DNA from: a virus
Taxonomy: Duplodnaviria; Heunggongvirae; Uroviricota; Caudoviricetes
Virus record (IMG/VR): IMGVR_UViG_2687453623_000004
DNA: 64,000 bases
Strand: one strand, 5' to 3'
The notes beneath the pieces are model-generated. The model did not search any database. It saw nothing but the letters and a program-made list of their open reading frames with translations, and had not been told where the DNA came from. Of this stretch, positions 25,322 through 35,753 are shown piece by piece (position 1 is the first letter of the stretch; every line of letters begins with the position of its first letter). The translations under genes were made by a program, and so were the position numbers.

Positions 25322-27604
25322 ATGTCCGAGCTTAATGAAAAGTTAGCCACAGCCTGGGAAGGTTTTACCAAAGGTGACTGGCAGAATGAAGTAAACGTCC
25401 GTGACTTCATTCAGAAAAACTACACTCCGTACGAGGGTGACGAGTCCTTCCTGGCTGGCGCTACTGAAGCGACCACCACCCTGTGGGACAAAGTAATGGA
25501 AGGCGTTAAACTGGAAAACCGCACTCACGCGCCAGTTGACTTTGACACCGCTGTTGCTTCCACCATCACCTCTCACGACGCTGGTTACATCAACAAGCAG
25601 CTTGAGAAAATCGTTGGTCTGCAGACTGAAGCTCCGCTGAAACGTGCTCTTATCCCGTTCGGTGGTATCAAAATGATCGAAGGTTCCTGCAAAGCGTACA
25701 ACCGCGAACTGGACCCGATGATCAAAAAAATCTTCACTGAATACCGTAAAACTCACAACCAGGGCGTGTTCGACGTTTACACTCCGGACATCCTGCGTTG
25801 CCGTAAATCCGGTGTTCTGACCGGTCTGCCAGATGCTTATGGCCGTGGTCGTATCATCGGTGACTACCGTCGCGTTGCACTGTACGGTATCGACTACCTG
25901 ATGAAAGACAAACTTGCACAGTTCACCTCTCTGCAGGCTGATCTGGAAAACGGCGTAAACCTGGAACAGACTATCCGTCTGCGCGAAGAAATCGCTGAAC
26001 AGCACCGCGCTCTGGGTCAGATGAAAGAAATGGCTGCGAAATACGGCTACGACATCTCTGGTCCGGCTACTAACGCTCAGGAAGCTATCCAGTGGACTTA
26101 CTTCGGCTACCTGGCTGCTGTTAAGTCTCAGAACGGTGCTGCAATGTCCTTCGGTCGTACCTCCACCTTCCTGGATGTGTACATCGAACGTGACCTGAAA
26201 GCTGGCAAGATCACCGAACAAGAAGCGCAGGAAATGGTTGACCACCTGGTCATGAAACTGCGTATGGTTCGCTTCCTGCGTACTCCGGAATACGATGAAC
26301 TGTTCTCTGGCGACCCGATCTGGGCAACCGAATCTATCGGTGGTATGGGCCTCGACGGTCGTACCCTGGTTACCAAAAACAGCTTCCGTTTCCTGAACAC
26401 CCTGTACACCATGGGTCCGTCTCCGGAACCGAACATGACCATTCTGTGGTCTGAAAAACTGCCGCTGAACTTCAAGAAATTCGCCGCTAAAGTGTCCATC
26501 GACACCTCTTCTCTGCAGTATGAGAACGATGACCTGATGCGTCCGGACTTCAACAACGATGACTACGCTATTGCTTGCTGCGTAAGCCCGATGATCGTTG
26601 GTAAACAAATGCAGTTCTTCGGTGCGCGTGCAAACCTGGCGAAAACCATGCTGTACGCAATCAACGGTGGCGTTGACGAAAAACTGAAAATGCAGGTTGG
26701 TCCGAAATCTGAGCCGATCAAAGGCGATGTCCTGAACTATGATGAAGTGATGGAGCGCATGGATCACTTCATGGACTGGCTGGCTAAACAGTACATCACT
26801 GCACTGAACATCATCCACTACATGCACGACAAGTACAGCTACGAAGCCTCTCTGATGGCGCTGCACGACCGTGACGTTATCCGCACCATGGCGTGTGGTA
26901 TCGCTGGTCTGTCCGTTGCTGCTGACTCCCTGTCTGCAATCAAATATGCGAAAGTTAAACCGATTCGTGATGAAGACGGTCTGGCTATCGACTTCGAAAT
27001 CGAAGGCGAATACCCGCAGTTTGGTAACAACGATCCGCGTGTAGATGACCTGGCTGTTGACCTGGTAGAACGTTTCATGAAGAAAATTCAGAAACTGCAC
27101 ACCTACCGTGACGCTATCCCGACTCAGTCTGTTCTGACCATCACTTCTAACGTTGTGTATGGTAAGAAAACTGGTAACACCCCAGACGGTCGTCGTGCTG
27201 GCGCGCCGTTCGGACCGGGTGCTAACCCGATGCACGGTCGTGACCAGAAAGGTGCTGTAGCGTCTCTGACTTCCGTTGCTAAACTGCCGTTTGCTTACGC
27301 TAAAGATGGTATCTCCTACACCTTCTCTATCGTTCCGAACGCACTGGGTAAAGACGACGAAGTTCGTAAGACCAACCTGGCTGGTCTGATGGATGGTTAC
27401 TTCCACCACGAAGCATCCATCGAAGGTGGTCAGCACCTGAACGTTAACGTGATGAACCGTGAAATGCTGCTCGACGCGATGGAAAACCCGGAAAAATATC
27501 CGCAGCTGACCATCCGTGTATCTGGCTACGCAGTACGTTTCAACTCGCTGACTAAAGAACAGCAGCAGGACGTTATTACTCGTACCTTCACTCAATCTAT
27601 GTAA
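25322..27604 (+). CDS. pflB: pyruvate formate-lyase 1
   Basis: 760-aa [64 protein letters not shown]… to the glycyl-radical C-terminus; RBS aaggtagg upstream. Confidence 0.97.
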
Positions 27605-27645
27605 TTAGATTTGACTGAAATCGTACAGTAAAAAGCGTACAATAA

Positions 27646-27671
27646 AGGCTCCACGAAAGTGGGGCCTTTTT
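27646..27671 (+). terminator. intrinsic terminator after pflB
   Basis: ggctccac gaaa gtggggcc followed by tttttt, ~40 nt after the pflB stop. Confidence 0.6.
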
Positions 27672-27795
27672 TAGCACGAGAGCCTTTTTTGTCAGCTATC
27701 TATACTTTAAGGTGACTGCCAAAACAGACTCGACGTAGCCTTCGAGCTGCGCACCAACACGGCCTCAGATGGGCCACATCTGGAGAAACACCGCA

Positions 27796-27822
27796 ATGTC
27801 AGTTATTGGTGACATTTTTTGA
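27796..27822 (+). pseudogene. pflA: 5' remnant of pflA (PFL-activating enzyme) truncated at the prophage junction
   Basis: RBS ggag then ATG TCA GTT ATT GGT (MSVIG, the recalled PflA N-terminus), followed by GAC ATT TTT TGA instead of the continuation RIHSFES…; divergence begins at 27811. Confidence 0.55.
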
Positions 27823-27883
27823 TATCTAATCACATGAAATAAAAGGATTTATTTCTGGTCACGTCCACACATTGACCACATCG

Positions 27884-27910
27884 ACAAAAAAAGCCCCTCG
27901 ACTGAGGGGC
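27884..27910 (-). terminator. intrinsic terminator after ogr (minus strand)
   Basis: Minus strand: gcccctc agtc gaggggc followed by ttttttt, ~15 nt downstream of the ogr stop. Confidence 0.6.
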
Positions 27911-27923
27911 TTTCCATTTGTAA

Positions 27924-28142
27924 TTACATCCACATAATTTGCTGCCCTGACGGCAACGGGTGCGGCCTTACGGCGTGGACTTCTCCCGGCTTCACGATGT
28001 ATCGCTGTACCGACTCATAGGTGATGAACGTGGCGCTGCAATTCACGTTCTGACACTGGTGATAACGCTCTTTTGTCGTGTCAGTGATATAGCGGCTTGT
28101 ACGCGCATGTGCGGCATGCTGGCATAAAGGACAATGAAACAT
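27924..28142 (-). CDS. ogr: late gene transcriptional activator Ogr (zinc finger)
   Basis: 72 aa from ATG 28142: MFHCPLCQHAAHARTSRYITDTTKERYHQCQNVNCSATFITYESVQRYIVKPGEVHAVRPHPLPSGQQIMWM; Cys4 motif. Confidence 0.9.
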   Translation of the reverse strand: MFHCPLCQHAAHARTSRYITDTTKERYHQCQNVNCSATFITYESVQRYIVKPGEVHAVRPHPLPSGQQIMWM

Positions 28143-28223
28143 CGCGAGCACCTCTTCCGGTTTTGTTGACGGTGCCATTTTAGTTAATTTATCCTTACAA
28201 AACAAACAGATAAATAAAACACA

Positions 28224-29387
28224 TCACTCATCACCTTCTGTTTCGTACTCCACATCAGAAAGCCTGACCTCAAGCTCTAAGGACGTCGTGAAGCCGCTAT
28301 TATTCAGAAAATGTGTCACCTTAGTGATTGTCCAGTCCTGCTCGTCTATGACGCGCTTAAAGCCTGACACTTTGACCGGCGTTTCCGTGTAAATATCTGC
28401 CCGACCGGTAGCCAGACTGATGGAGAACTCCGCAACGCCCCGTTGCAGTTTATCCCACTTCGCCTGAGCGGCACGCATGGCCTGCGCTTTCGTGGCATAT
28501 ACCGTGGTCAGGGCAAAAACGTTGTCAGCCTCACCGGCCATGTATTCACCTTCACGCGCTTCCGGTACTTTAGGCGCTTTCTTCTGCCTGACCGGTTTCG
28601 CTTTCGGGTGCTCCAGTGCGCGCAGGTGTTTCTCTTTCTTTTTGCGTTTCAGTTTTACCTTCTGCTTTTGCGGTTTCGGGTCTTTGGTGTGTAACCACTT
28701 TGCCGTTACGCCTGTATAGGCTCCGCGGTCAGCAATCGCAAAATGATGACGGTCGCCGTCGCTGCGGGTGATGGTAATCTGCGGGATTTTTTTACCGCTG
28801 GCCGTCACCCCCTGCCCCGCTTTGAGAAACAGCAGTTTTCCCATTTTTACCGACACCTCACCGCCGTTGCGTTCAGCAAGACGGGTCAGGAATTTCGCAT
28901 CAGACTCCTGCGACTGGTCGATGTGCGGGATTTTAATTCCTGCCAGTGACGGCGCGACACTGGCTTCCAGCCTGTTACGGGAGGCTATCGCCTCAACAAT
29001 CGCACCGAGCGTGGTGTCATGCCATGAGCCTTCACGGCGGGAATTGAGCGTCCCGCGAAAATCTGCACTCCGGGCGCGGATGGTGACCACATCCGGTGCG
29101 CCCCGGTGTTCAACCTCATCAACGGTGAATTTCCCTTTGCATACCAGGGCAAAACCTTTCCAGCCGATATACACCGTCAGGACAGCGCCACGAACCGGCA
29201 GCTCGACCTGCCCGTCGGCATCGTTCAGTTCAATATCAAGCTGGTCAGCCTCAAAGCCCCGGTTATCCGTCAGGGTCATGCTCATCAGACGGTCGCTGAT
29301 ATTGCCGGTAATATCCCTGCTGTCGAGCACCAGCATGTAATCCGGCGTCAGCGTACTGCCTGCATCAAATGTCAGTGCATCCAGCAT
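28224..29387 (-). CDS. D: tail protein D (late control gene D)
   Basis: 387-aa ORF MLDALTFDAGSTLTPDYMLVLDSRDITGNISDRLMSMTLTDNRGFEADQLDIELND… matching P2 gpD. Confidence 0.9.
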   Translation of the reverse strand: MLDALTFDAGSTLTPDYMLVLDSRDITGNISDRLMSMTLTDNRGFEADQLDIELNDADGQVELPVRGAVLTVYIGWKGFALVCKGKFTVDEVEHRGAPDVVTIRARSADFRGTLNSRREGSWHDTTLGAIVEAIASRNRLEASVAPSLAGIKIPHIDQSQESDAKFLTRLAERNGGEVSVKMGKLLFLKAGQGVTASGKKIPQITITRSDGDRHHFAIADRGAYTGVTAKWLHTKDPKPQKQKVKLKRKKKEKHLRALEHPKAKPVRQKKAPKVPEAREGEYMAGEADNVFALTTVYATKAQAMRAAQAKWDKLQRGVAEFSISLATGRADIYTETPVKVSGFKRVIDEQDWTITKVTHFLNNSGFTTSLELEVRLSDVEYETEGDE

Positions 29388-29866
29388 TATCCCGCCCCCG
29401 TCATACCCGTGAATTTAGTCGCCATACTGCCAGCCTTACCGATGAGCGATTCCGCCTGTTTACCGATATCGCCATAAAGCGCGGCCAGTGATTCATCAAC
29501 GCGGGTGAGCGACAGCGTAAAATCAATTTTCCGGGGTGTGCCGTCTGCAAAGAAAATACTCCCTGTTTCACTCACCTTGCTGATGACATACATGCCGTAA
29601 ATCATGCCGGTGCCATCCAGCAACGGCCACGCCCGCCCCTCCTCTGCCATCAGCCTGAGCGTGGTCATCGTCAGCTTGCCGCCGGTCAGTTCGGGATAAA
29701 GCACACCGGCAAGCGTCATGTTTTCCTCACCCACACCGAGAAACTGGTAGGCATCCCGTTTACCGATACGGGAATTTGACGGCCAGCGATAATCTGATTC
29801 ACGCTGCATGGTCTGGTGTGGCAGCGTCTGGCGCATAAAAACAAACATACCTAACGCGAGCATCAT
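29387..29866 (-). CDS. U: tail protein U
   Basis: 159-aa ORF MMLALGMFVFMRQTLPHQTMQRESDYRWPSNSRIGKRDAYQF… matching P2 gpU. Confidence 0.9.
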   Translation of the reverse strand: MMLALGMFVFMRQTLPHQTMQRESDYRWPSNSRIGKRDAYQFLGVGEENMTLAGVLYPELTGGKLTMTTLRLMAEEGRAWPLLDGTGMIYGMYVISKVSETGSIFFADGTPRKIDFTLSLTRVDESLAALYGDIGKQAESLIGKAGSMATKFTGMTGAG

Positions 29867-29880
29867 TTTTCGTCACCTCC

Positions 29881-32327
29881 TTAACCGTCATGCATCATGC
29901 TGGCACGGGCGCGCGCTCGTTTATCCCGCTCGTATTTTTCGAGCGCATCCTGTAACTGGCGGTCGAGCTGTGTCCCCGGCGCAGTACCACCCGTCAGGCT
30001 GATGTGATATTCGTTTTTACTCTGGTCTACATAAGAGCGGCCAGCCGGTGCCGTGACCGGCTGATAAGCCTGATAACCTGCATAAGAGCTGGTCGCCGGA
30101 ATATAACCACCGCTGCCATACGTGGCGGCTTGAGTTCTGGCGGCGGTCTGGTCAAGTGTGTCTGACTCTTTGTTGATAACACCGAGTTTTTCCAGTACCC
30201 AGTCAATACCACTGCGCAGTTTGTTGAACGCATTAAGCGGCAGCATCAGCGCGTCAGCCAGTGCCTGCCCGAACATGACGCCCGTGTCACGGCAACGGTT
30301 CAGGGTGTCCTGGGTGGCTTTGACCGGGGCAATCAGGTTTTTAAACCACTGCCACGCGGCCTGTAACTTTTCACCCAGCCAGTCAAACACCGGTTTAAGT
30401 GGCGTGAACAGTTCCCCCACCGGCGTAAATGCCGCTTTCAGCCCTTCCACCACACCGCCAAAGAATGCGCTGACAGGCTCCCAGTATTTACGGATAAGCA
30501 ACGCCCCGGCGACAATGGCGGCCACCACGGCCACAACCGGCCAGCTAATCGCCCCGATGGCGGTCATAACAGCACTGCCAACCGTCGTGAAGATTGCCCC
30601 CATTGCGCCTGCTGCCGCGATGATGGCATTGATGCCGGTGATAACCGGCCAGGCTACGAGGCCAATGGCACCGATGACACCAATCAGTGCCAGTGCACCA
30701 CCGACAATGATGCCGATGGTTGACGCCAGTGATTTGTTTTTCTGGATCCAGCCGTCGAGTTTTAACACATACTTTGTGGCCGTCTGCGTGAGATTACGCA
30801 GTGCGCCTTCCTGCTGGTCAAACAGGTCAGTCCCCACCGCCTCATAAGCGGACTGAAACTCCTTAAAGTCACCGCCGAGGTTATCCTGCATGATTTTAAC
30901 CAGCTCTTCCGTTTTACCGTCCGAGGCTTTCAGCGTGGCGGTCAGCTTATCCAGTTTTCCGCTTGCTGCCGCTGCCAGTAAAACGTTCGCTGATTTCAGG
31001 GCTTCCTCACCAAAAATGGTTTTAAGGTATTCCCCCTTCTGAGACGTTCCCAGCTTGTGTTTATCAAAGCTGGCCTGAATCTCTTTCAGAATGGTGAACA
31101 ACGGACGCATATTTCCCTTTTTGTCCGAGGTTTTAACGCCAAGCTCTTTGAGTGCATCCCATGCTTTTCCAGTCGGTGCCTGTAATCGGGTGACAACGGC
31201 ACTACTACCCGTACCCGCCATTGACCCCCTGATGTTATTGTCATGCAGCACACCTGTCATGGCCGCTGCCTGCTCAAGACTTACGCCTGCCGTCCTCGCA
31301 ACCGGCCCGAGGTAAGTCAGTGCATCACTGAGTCCCTGAAAATCAGCGCCGACTTATTCATCGTTGCAGACAACACGTCGCCCACATGGCTGACATCATC
31401 ATTTGACAGTTGAAAGGATGCCTTAGTCCCCAGCAACAGTTGCGCGTTTTCTTCCATCGACCGCTGATTCGCCAGTGCCATATTCAGCGTGACCGGCGTT
31501 GCCGCCTGAATAGCCGCAGCATCTCCACCCGCTTTCGCAATGATAATCTGCGCACCGGCCGCATCATCCGCCGAGGCGGCTGTGTTGTCACCGAGCTGGC
31601 GCGCCTGTTTGCGGAGTGCGGTCATTTCGGCGGAGTCTTTTGCCACTCCGAGCACGGCCTGCAATTCTGAGTTTTTCTGCGCAAACTCATAACCGGGCAT
31701 CAGCAGCTTAACTCCGGCCATCGTTCCCGCAGCAGCAATCCCCGCACCGGCAGCGCCCACTGAGGCCATATTTCCGGCCAGTTCCTTTCCTGCCTGATAA
31801 CGCTGTTTGACTGCGTTAAGTTTTGCCTGTTGTACACTGACACGCGCCAGCGCGTCACGCTGACGGTTAAGCTGTGCGGTGGTTTCACTGATACGGTTTT
31901 TCAGTCCCTGCTCATCATGTGCAAGATTGCGGGTATTAATTCCCACAGCGGCCAGTTCTCGCTGCTGGCGTTTAACGGAATCTGTCAGGCGGTTATATTT
32001 CGCCTGTAAGTCCTCCGCCGCACGCTTTGCGGATTCCAGCACTTTCGCCTGAGCACGGGTCGGACGTTCGGTGTTTTTAAACTGTGTGGCAAGGGCTTCG
32101 GCTTCCTGTCGAGCCTTTTCAAATGCATGACCAGTCACGGCGAGCTGTGCACTGGTCTTGCGGAATCCCTCAATACGGGATGCGTGACCGTTCAGCTCGC
32201 GCAGTGATTTTTGTGTTTCCCGGATATCCCCCGACAGCGACTTGCTCGCTGTACGGATGGATTTAAACGGGCGGGATGCCTGGTCAACAGCCCTGAGCAA
32301 TACCTGTAATTTTACATTGTTACTCAT
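29881..32327 (-). pseudogene. T: tail tape measure gene T, interrupted by a frameshift (two ORFs: 31317..32327 and 29881..31353)
   Basis: N-terminal 336-aa ORF ends with TGA at 31317-31319 while the C-terminal frame is open from 31353 down; the two frames overlap by ~35 nt; combined length ~810 aa fits P2 gpT. Confidence 0.6.
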
Positions 32328-32747
32328 TCGTGTTTCCGCTTCGCCGGAGCGCCTTTTCGCGCCATGTGATGAGTTCGGTCAGGCTCATGGGATACAGTTC
32401 TGATGGCGGCCAGTGAAATATCACTGCCACATCCGCCATCAGGTCATCGACCGAGAGATTTTTCGGAAACGTTACTGCACCGAGTTCGGCGACAAAAAAC
32501 CGACCACCTTACCGGCCAGCGCCACAAGGTCAGGCAGCTCCAGCGCGGCGACCTCCTGCTCAGTCAGCATCGGTGCCGTCATGCGCGGCAGCACTTTAAT
32601 CAGTGCATCGACTTCGGAGTTCGCGACCGCAGCCAGACTGACACCGCGCAGCGTCCCGGCATTGGGTTTCATCAGCGTGACCTGTTCGATAACCTGCTCA
32701 CCACGCTTGACCGGATTGTCCAGGGTAATCACATTTTCTTTGTTCAT
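32320..32747 (-). other. E': E+E' -1 programmed frameshift product (slippery T-TTT-TTG at 32493-32499, minus strand)
   Basis: In the E frame the codons GGT TTT TTG contain the heptamer TTTTTTG; the -1 frame then stays open for ~55 codons (VAELGAVTFPKNLSVDDLMADVAVIFHWPPSELYPMSLTELITWREKALRRSGNTNE) to TAA at 32320-32322, overlapping the T start. Confidence 0.65.
32472..32747 (-). CDS. E: tail assembly chaperone E
   Basis: 91-aa ORF MNKENVITLDNPVKRGEQVIEQVTLMKPNAGTLRGVSLAAVANSEVDALIKVLPRMTAPMLTEQEVAALELPDLVALAGKVVGFLSPNSVQ. Confidence 0.85.
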   Translation of the reverse strand: MNKENVITLDNPVKRGEQVIEQVTLMKPNAGTLRGVSLAAVANSEVDALIKVLPRMTAPMLTEQEVAALELPDLVALAGKVVGFLSPNSVQ

Positions 32748-32803
32748 GGTTTTCTCACTTCTGAATCAGGGTTAACCGGTCAGCCTGGCTGACCGGATGA
32801 AAA

Positions 32804-33322
32804 TCACAGGCCGATATTGCGGCGGTGTTGCTCCAGCCGGTCGACGCCGTTCACCTTCTCAATCATGTTGATGGTGTCGATTTCGACCAGCTCCTTACCG
32901 TCCATCGTCAGCCGGAAATAGGTGCAGACCACGGAGATTTTCGACTCGGTGTCTTCTCCCTGTTTACCCTCTCCGGTGTCGATTTCTTTCTGACGTCCAC
33001 GCATGACCACTTCGACGGCCACCGTTTCGCCGGTATCGTCACGCTGGTAAGAGCCTGCAAAACGAATCGGCACGGCATCCACGCCGGTTGCGGCGTAAAG
33101 CTCCCAGATAACCGAATCCGGGAAGCCCCCGAGCGACCACTCCATTGACAGCGCATCGTCATCAAGGCCGAGGTCTACCGGTGCGCTGCCGTTCATCCCC
33201 GCACCGCGATAGTTTTCGAGCTTACGGGTCAGTTTTGGCAGCGTGACGGACTTTGCAACGCCCTGATAGCTGTAGCCGTTCAGAAAGACGTTCATTAACT
33301 TGAGTTTGCGCGGCATTGCCAT
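32804..33322 (-). CDS. FII: tail tube protein FII
   Basis: 172-aa ORF MAMPRKLKLMNVFLNGYSYQGVAKSVTLPKLTRKLENYRGAGMNGSAPVDLGLDDDALSMEW… matching P2 FII. Confidence 0.9.
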   Translation of the reverse strand: MAMPRKLKLMNVFLNGYSYQGVAKSVTLPKLTRKLENYRGAGMNGSAPVDLGLDDDALSMEWSLGGFPDSVIWELYAATGVDAVPIRFAGSYQRDDTGETVAVEVVMRGRQKEIDTGEGKQGEDTESKISVVCTYFRLTMDGKELVEIDTINMIEKVNGVDRLEQHRRNIGL

Positions 33323-33334
33323 CGGTCAGGCTCC

Positions 33335-34525
33335 TTAATTGCTGTTAACCGAGGTGACCAGATTTGCCAGGTATTTATCGGTAATACGCTGGCGCAGGGT
33401 CAGGTTTTCAAGAGGAGGCACCGGTGTATAGTCGTAGTCGATATACAGTTTTCCGGCCTTGAGGGTTTCCGCATCGTTGGATTCTTCGCTGAACCAGCAG
33501 GTCGCATCCACGATATAGCCGTTTGTTTTCAGCTCACGGAATTTGGCATTGATGCCGTCAACGATGTCGCGAATCAGCGTTGCGGTGATGGGCTTGTCCA
33601 CCGCCCACATGTGCGCCTCAGCCATCGTGTCGGCAAGCACCTGCGCGGTGCGGGTGTAGTTTTCAAAGAGGAACAGCGGGTCATCAGAGCAGGTACGGTT
33701 ACCCCAGAAGCGGAAACCGTCACGGCGAATCAGCGTTGTGACGCCTGACTCGTTAAGCAGGTCAGCATCGGTACCGGACTCCTGCAAATCCCAGAATACA
33801 GAGGCGCTGATGCCGGTAACACCGCTTACCCCGACGTTGGACAGCGTTTTATGCCAGCCCTGCTCCTGGTCGATTTTAGCACGCAGGCCCAGTGCACGAG
33901 CGGTGGCATACGCGGTGGCGGTGGTACTGGCGACCGTATCCCATGCGAGGAAATCCGGCCAGATGACCATCAGCTCACGCTGGCTGAAATTCTGGCGGTA
34001 GGCTTTCACCTCGGAAATGGTCTTACAGCCCCATGCGCTGATATACCCGAAAGCGCGCAGCTTCTGACAGACTGATGCCAGTGCGACGGCAACCTCTTTG
34101 GTGTCCAGTCCCGGCACACCAAGAATACGCGGTTTAACACCGGTTACCGACTCCGCCGCCAGCAGGGCTTTCAGTCCGGTGTACTGACCGTTTTCGTCGG
34201 TGGTGCCGATGATATTGGAAATGGTCTGCGCAAGTTTCGTTTCTTCGTCGTCGCCGGTGCCGTCTTCCACACGCACGACAACGGTGACCGGTTTTGACTG
34301 GTCGGCGATGGCCTGCAACGATGCCGCCAGCGTGCCTTTTTTACCGGCCTTTGCAATTGCGCTCTGCACATTGGTTATCAGCACCGGTTTATTGAGGGGG
34401 AAGGTTTCCGCATCCGCATCGCTGGCCGTGCAGACCATGCCGACAATGGCCGTGGATACGGTGGAAATGACGCGGGTGCCGTCGTTAATCTCCAGCACCT
34501 GCACGCCGTGATGATAGTCACTCAT
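33335..34525 (-). CDS. FI: tail sheath protein FI
   Basis: 396-aa ORF MSDYHHGVQVLEINDGTRVISTVSTAIVGMVCTASDADAETFPLNKPVLITN… matching P2 FI. Confidence 0.9.
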   Translation of the reverse strand: MSDYHHGVQVLEINDGTRVISTVSTAIVGMVCTASDADAETFPLNKPVLITNVQSAIAKAGKKGTLAASLQAIADQSKPVTVVVRVEDGTGDDEETKLAQTISNIIGTTDENGQYTGLKALLAAESVTGVKPRILGVPGLDTKEVAVALASVCQKLRAFGYISAWGCKTISEVKAYRQNFSQRELMVIWPDFLAWDTVASTTATAYATARALGLRAKIDQEQGWHKTLSNVGVSGVTGISASVFWDLQESGTDADLLNESGVTTLIRRDGFRFWGNRTCSDDPLFLFENYTRTAQVLADTMAEAHMWAVDKPITATLIRDIVDGINAKFRELKTNGYIVDATCWFSEESNDAETLKAGKLYIDYDYTPVPPLENLTLRQRITDKYLANLVTSVNSN

Positions 34526-34620
34526 CCGTTTAACTCCGTGGTTAATGGGTGCAACTATTTTCTGTTGTGCAGAGCATGAGACGCTATTTGACCTGGCTGG
34601 CCAGTGGATGAAACAACAAA
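34526..34620 (-). promoter_or_regulatory. probable Ogr-dependent late promoter region upstream of FI
   Basis: Placement inferred from P2 organisation; dyad-like TGCAC…GTGCA elements present; exact Ogr site not resolved. Confidence 0.3.
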
Positions 34621-34621
34621 T

Positions 34622-34650
34622 AAAGAAAAGGCGGGCAATCAGCCCGCCTG
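34622..34650 (-). terminator. intrinsic terminator downstream of the Z/fun-position cargo gene (minus strand)
   Basis: Minus strand: ggcaggcgggc tgatt gcccgcc followed by ttttcttta. Confidence 0.55.
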
Positions 34651-34836
34651 CCTTGATTTGTTCTCACTCAGCTTCCAACTGACAAGTTACATAATCAAAA
34701 CGCTATTAAATCTGACAGTCTGCTTTGAGCGATGAACGGACATAACGACTCACTAATGACTAATTTGCTAACCGCTTCCGACCCAAAACTGTCGGTTGCA
34801 TGATAATTAATCCAGCAAGCAAATTCATAGTCATTG

Positions 34837-35313
34837 CTATATGTTACTGGGATTATTAAAAGGGATAATACTGGCCAATCCGTCATCAACATCAAGACCA
34901 TAGGTAACCGCTATTTCTGCCAGAGAGTTACCACACTTTTGTCGCAGTTTAAAAAGGGCTCGCTCAAGTATGGATATTTGAACAGGATGATCAAGTTGGA
35001 TAAAGTGAGGGGAGCCAACGCTGTCACAGAATTCTTGGCATGCTTTTCTCATTTTCCTTAATTGTTTTGCTAAATGTGAATCGCTCGGCAAACCTTGTAG
35101 GACTTTAGTCAATTCAGATCTAATGTTGATAACACTCGAAGTGCAATGACTAGCACCCTCCATGTCGACAGGATTGAAAAGAACGCGCTTGTCCTCAAGA
35201 AAAATGACGATCTTCTTCGCTTCGTCAGTTTCTATTATTGGAGCATTCCACTGAATCCCGAATATGGGACAGCTAAGGCCAGTAATATTTTTATAGATTT
35301 GTTCAAATTTCAA
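34837..35313 (-). CDS. hypothetical protein, accessory cargo at the P2 Z/fun position (no family recognised)
   Basis: 158-aa ORF MKFEQIYKNITGLSCPIFGIQWNAPIIETDEAKKIVIFLEDKRVLFNPVDMEGASHCTSS… in a visibly AT-rich block unlike the surrounding phage genes; own terminator downstream. Confidence 0.55.
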   Translation of the reverse strand: MKFEQIYKNITGLSCPIFGIQWNAPIIETDEAKKIVIFLEDKRVLFNPVDMEGASHCTSSVINIRSELTKVLQGLPSDSHLAKQLRKMRKACQEFCDSVGSPHFIQLDHPVQISILERALFKLRQKCGNSLAEIAVTYGLDVDDGLASIIPFNNPSNI

Positions 35314-35571
35314 AAGTCACTCCTTGGATGGACTCTGAGCATATAAAACGCCATACTGATAAACGGACTCGGTTCAAGTAATCTGTTAGATAGCATAACT
35401 CGGAACCACTGTAAAAATAGTTGTTAACATACCTAAAAGTGACAGCGGAGGCAAGATTCCCTCAGCCGGAGCGATAAATTAGGCATAAGTTATACACACA
35501 TTAGTAATAATCACTAAAGATATTCTAATTTTTTATGCCGACTTAATATGATTTCCCGTCAATCAGGTTAG

Positions 35572-35597
35572 CGTCCGCTCCTGGCACAAAGCGGACG
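35572..35597. repeat. hairpin-containing ~26-bp element, copy 1 (cgtccgctcctggcac aaa gcggacg)
   Basis: Perfect 7-bp stem CGTCCGC/GCGGACG; the first 16 nt recur exactly at 36495-36510. Confidence 0.6.
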
Positions 35598-35753
35598 AGG
35601 TAACTGAGCTAAAGGTCCGCTGTGAGCGAAAAGTGGACATTAGAGTTACAAAAGTAAGTTTAAATCATCCAAAATATTACAATATCCTTATCTATCTGAT
35701 ATTGTTATGATAAAAAGTTCCTGAATATAATCGATAGTAGGTGGTTATTTTCC

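Noticed and set aside
25343-27595. 750-aa ORF on the minus strand spanning all of pflB
   Set aside because: pflB on the plus strand is unmistakable; the antisense ORF is a composition/codon-bias artefact with no RBS or recognisable protein features.
27605-27810. An att core or tRNA-like target at the pflB-proximal prophage boundary
   Set aside because: The boundary is most simply placed where the pflA reading frame is broken (27811); the core extent cannot be defined without the other junction.
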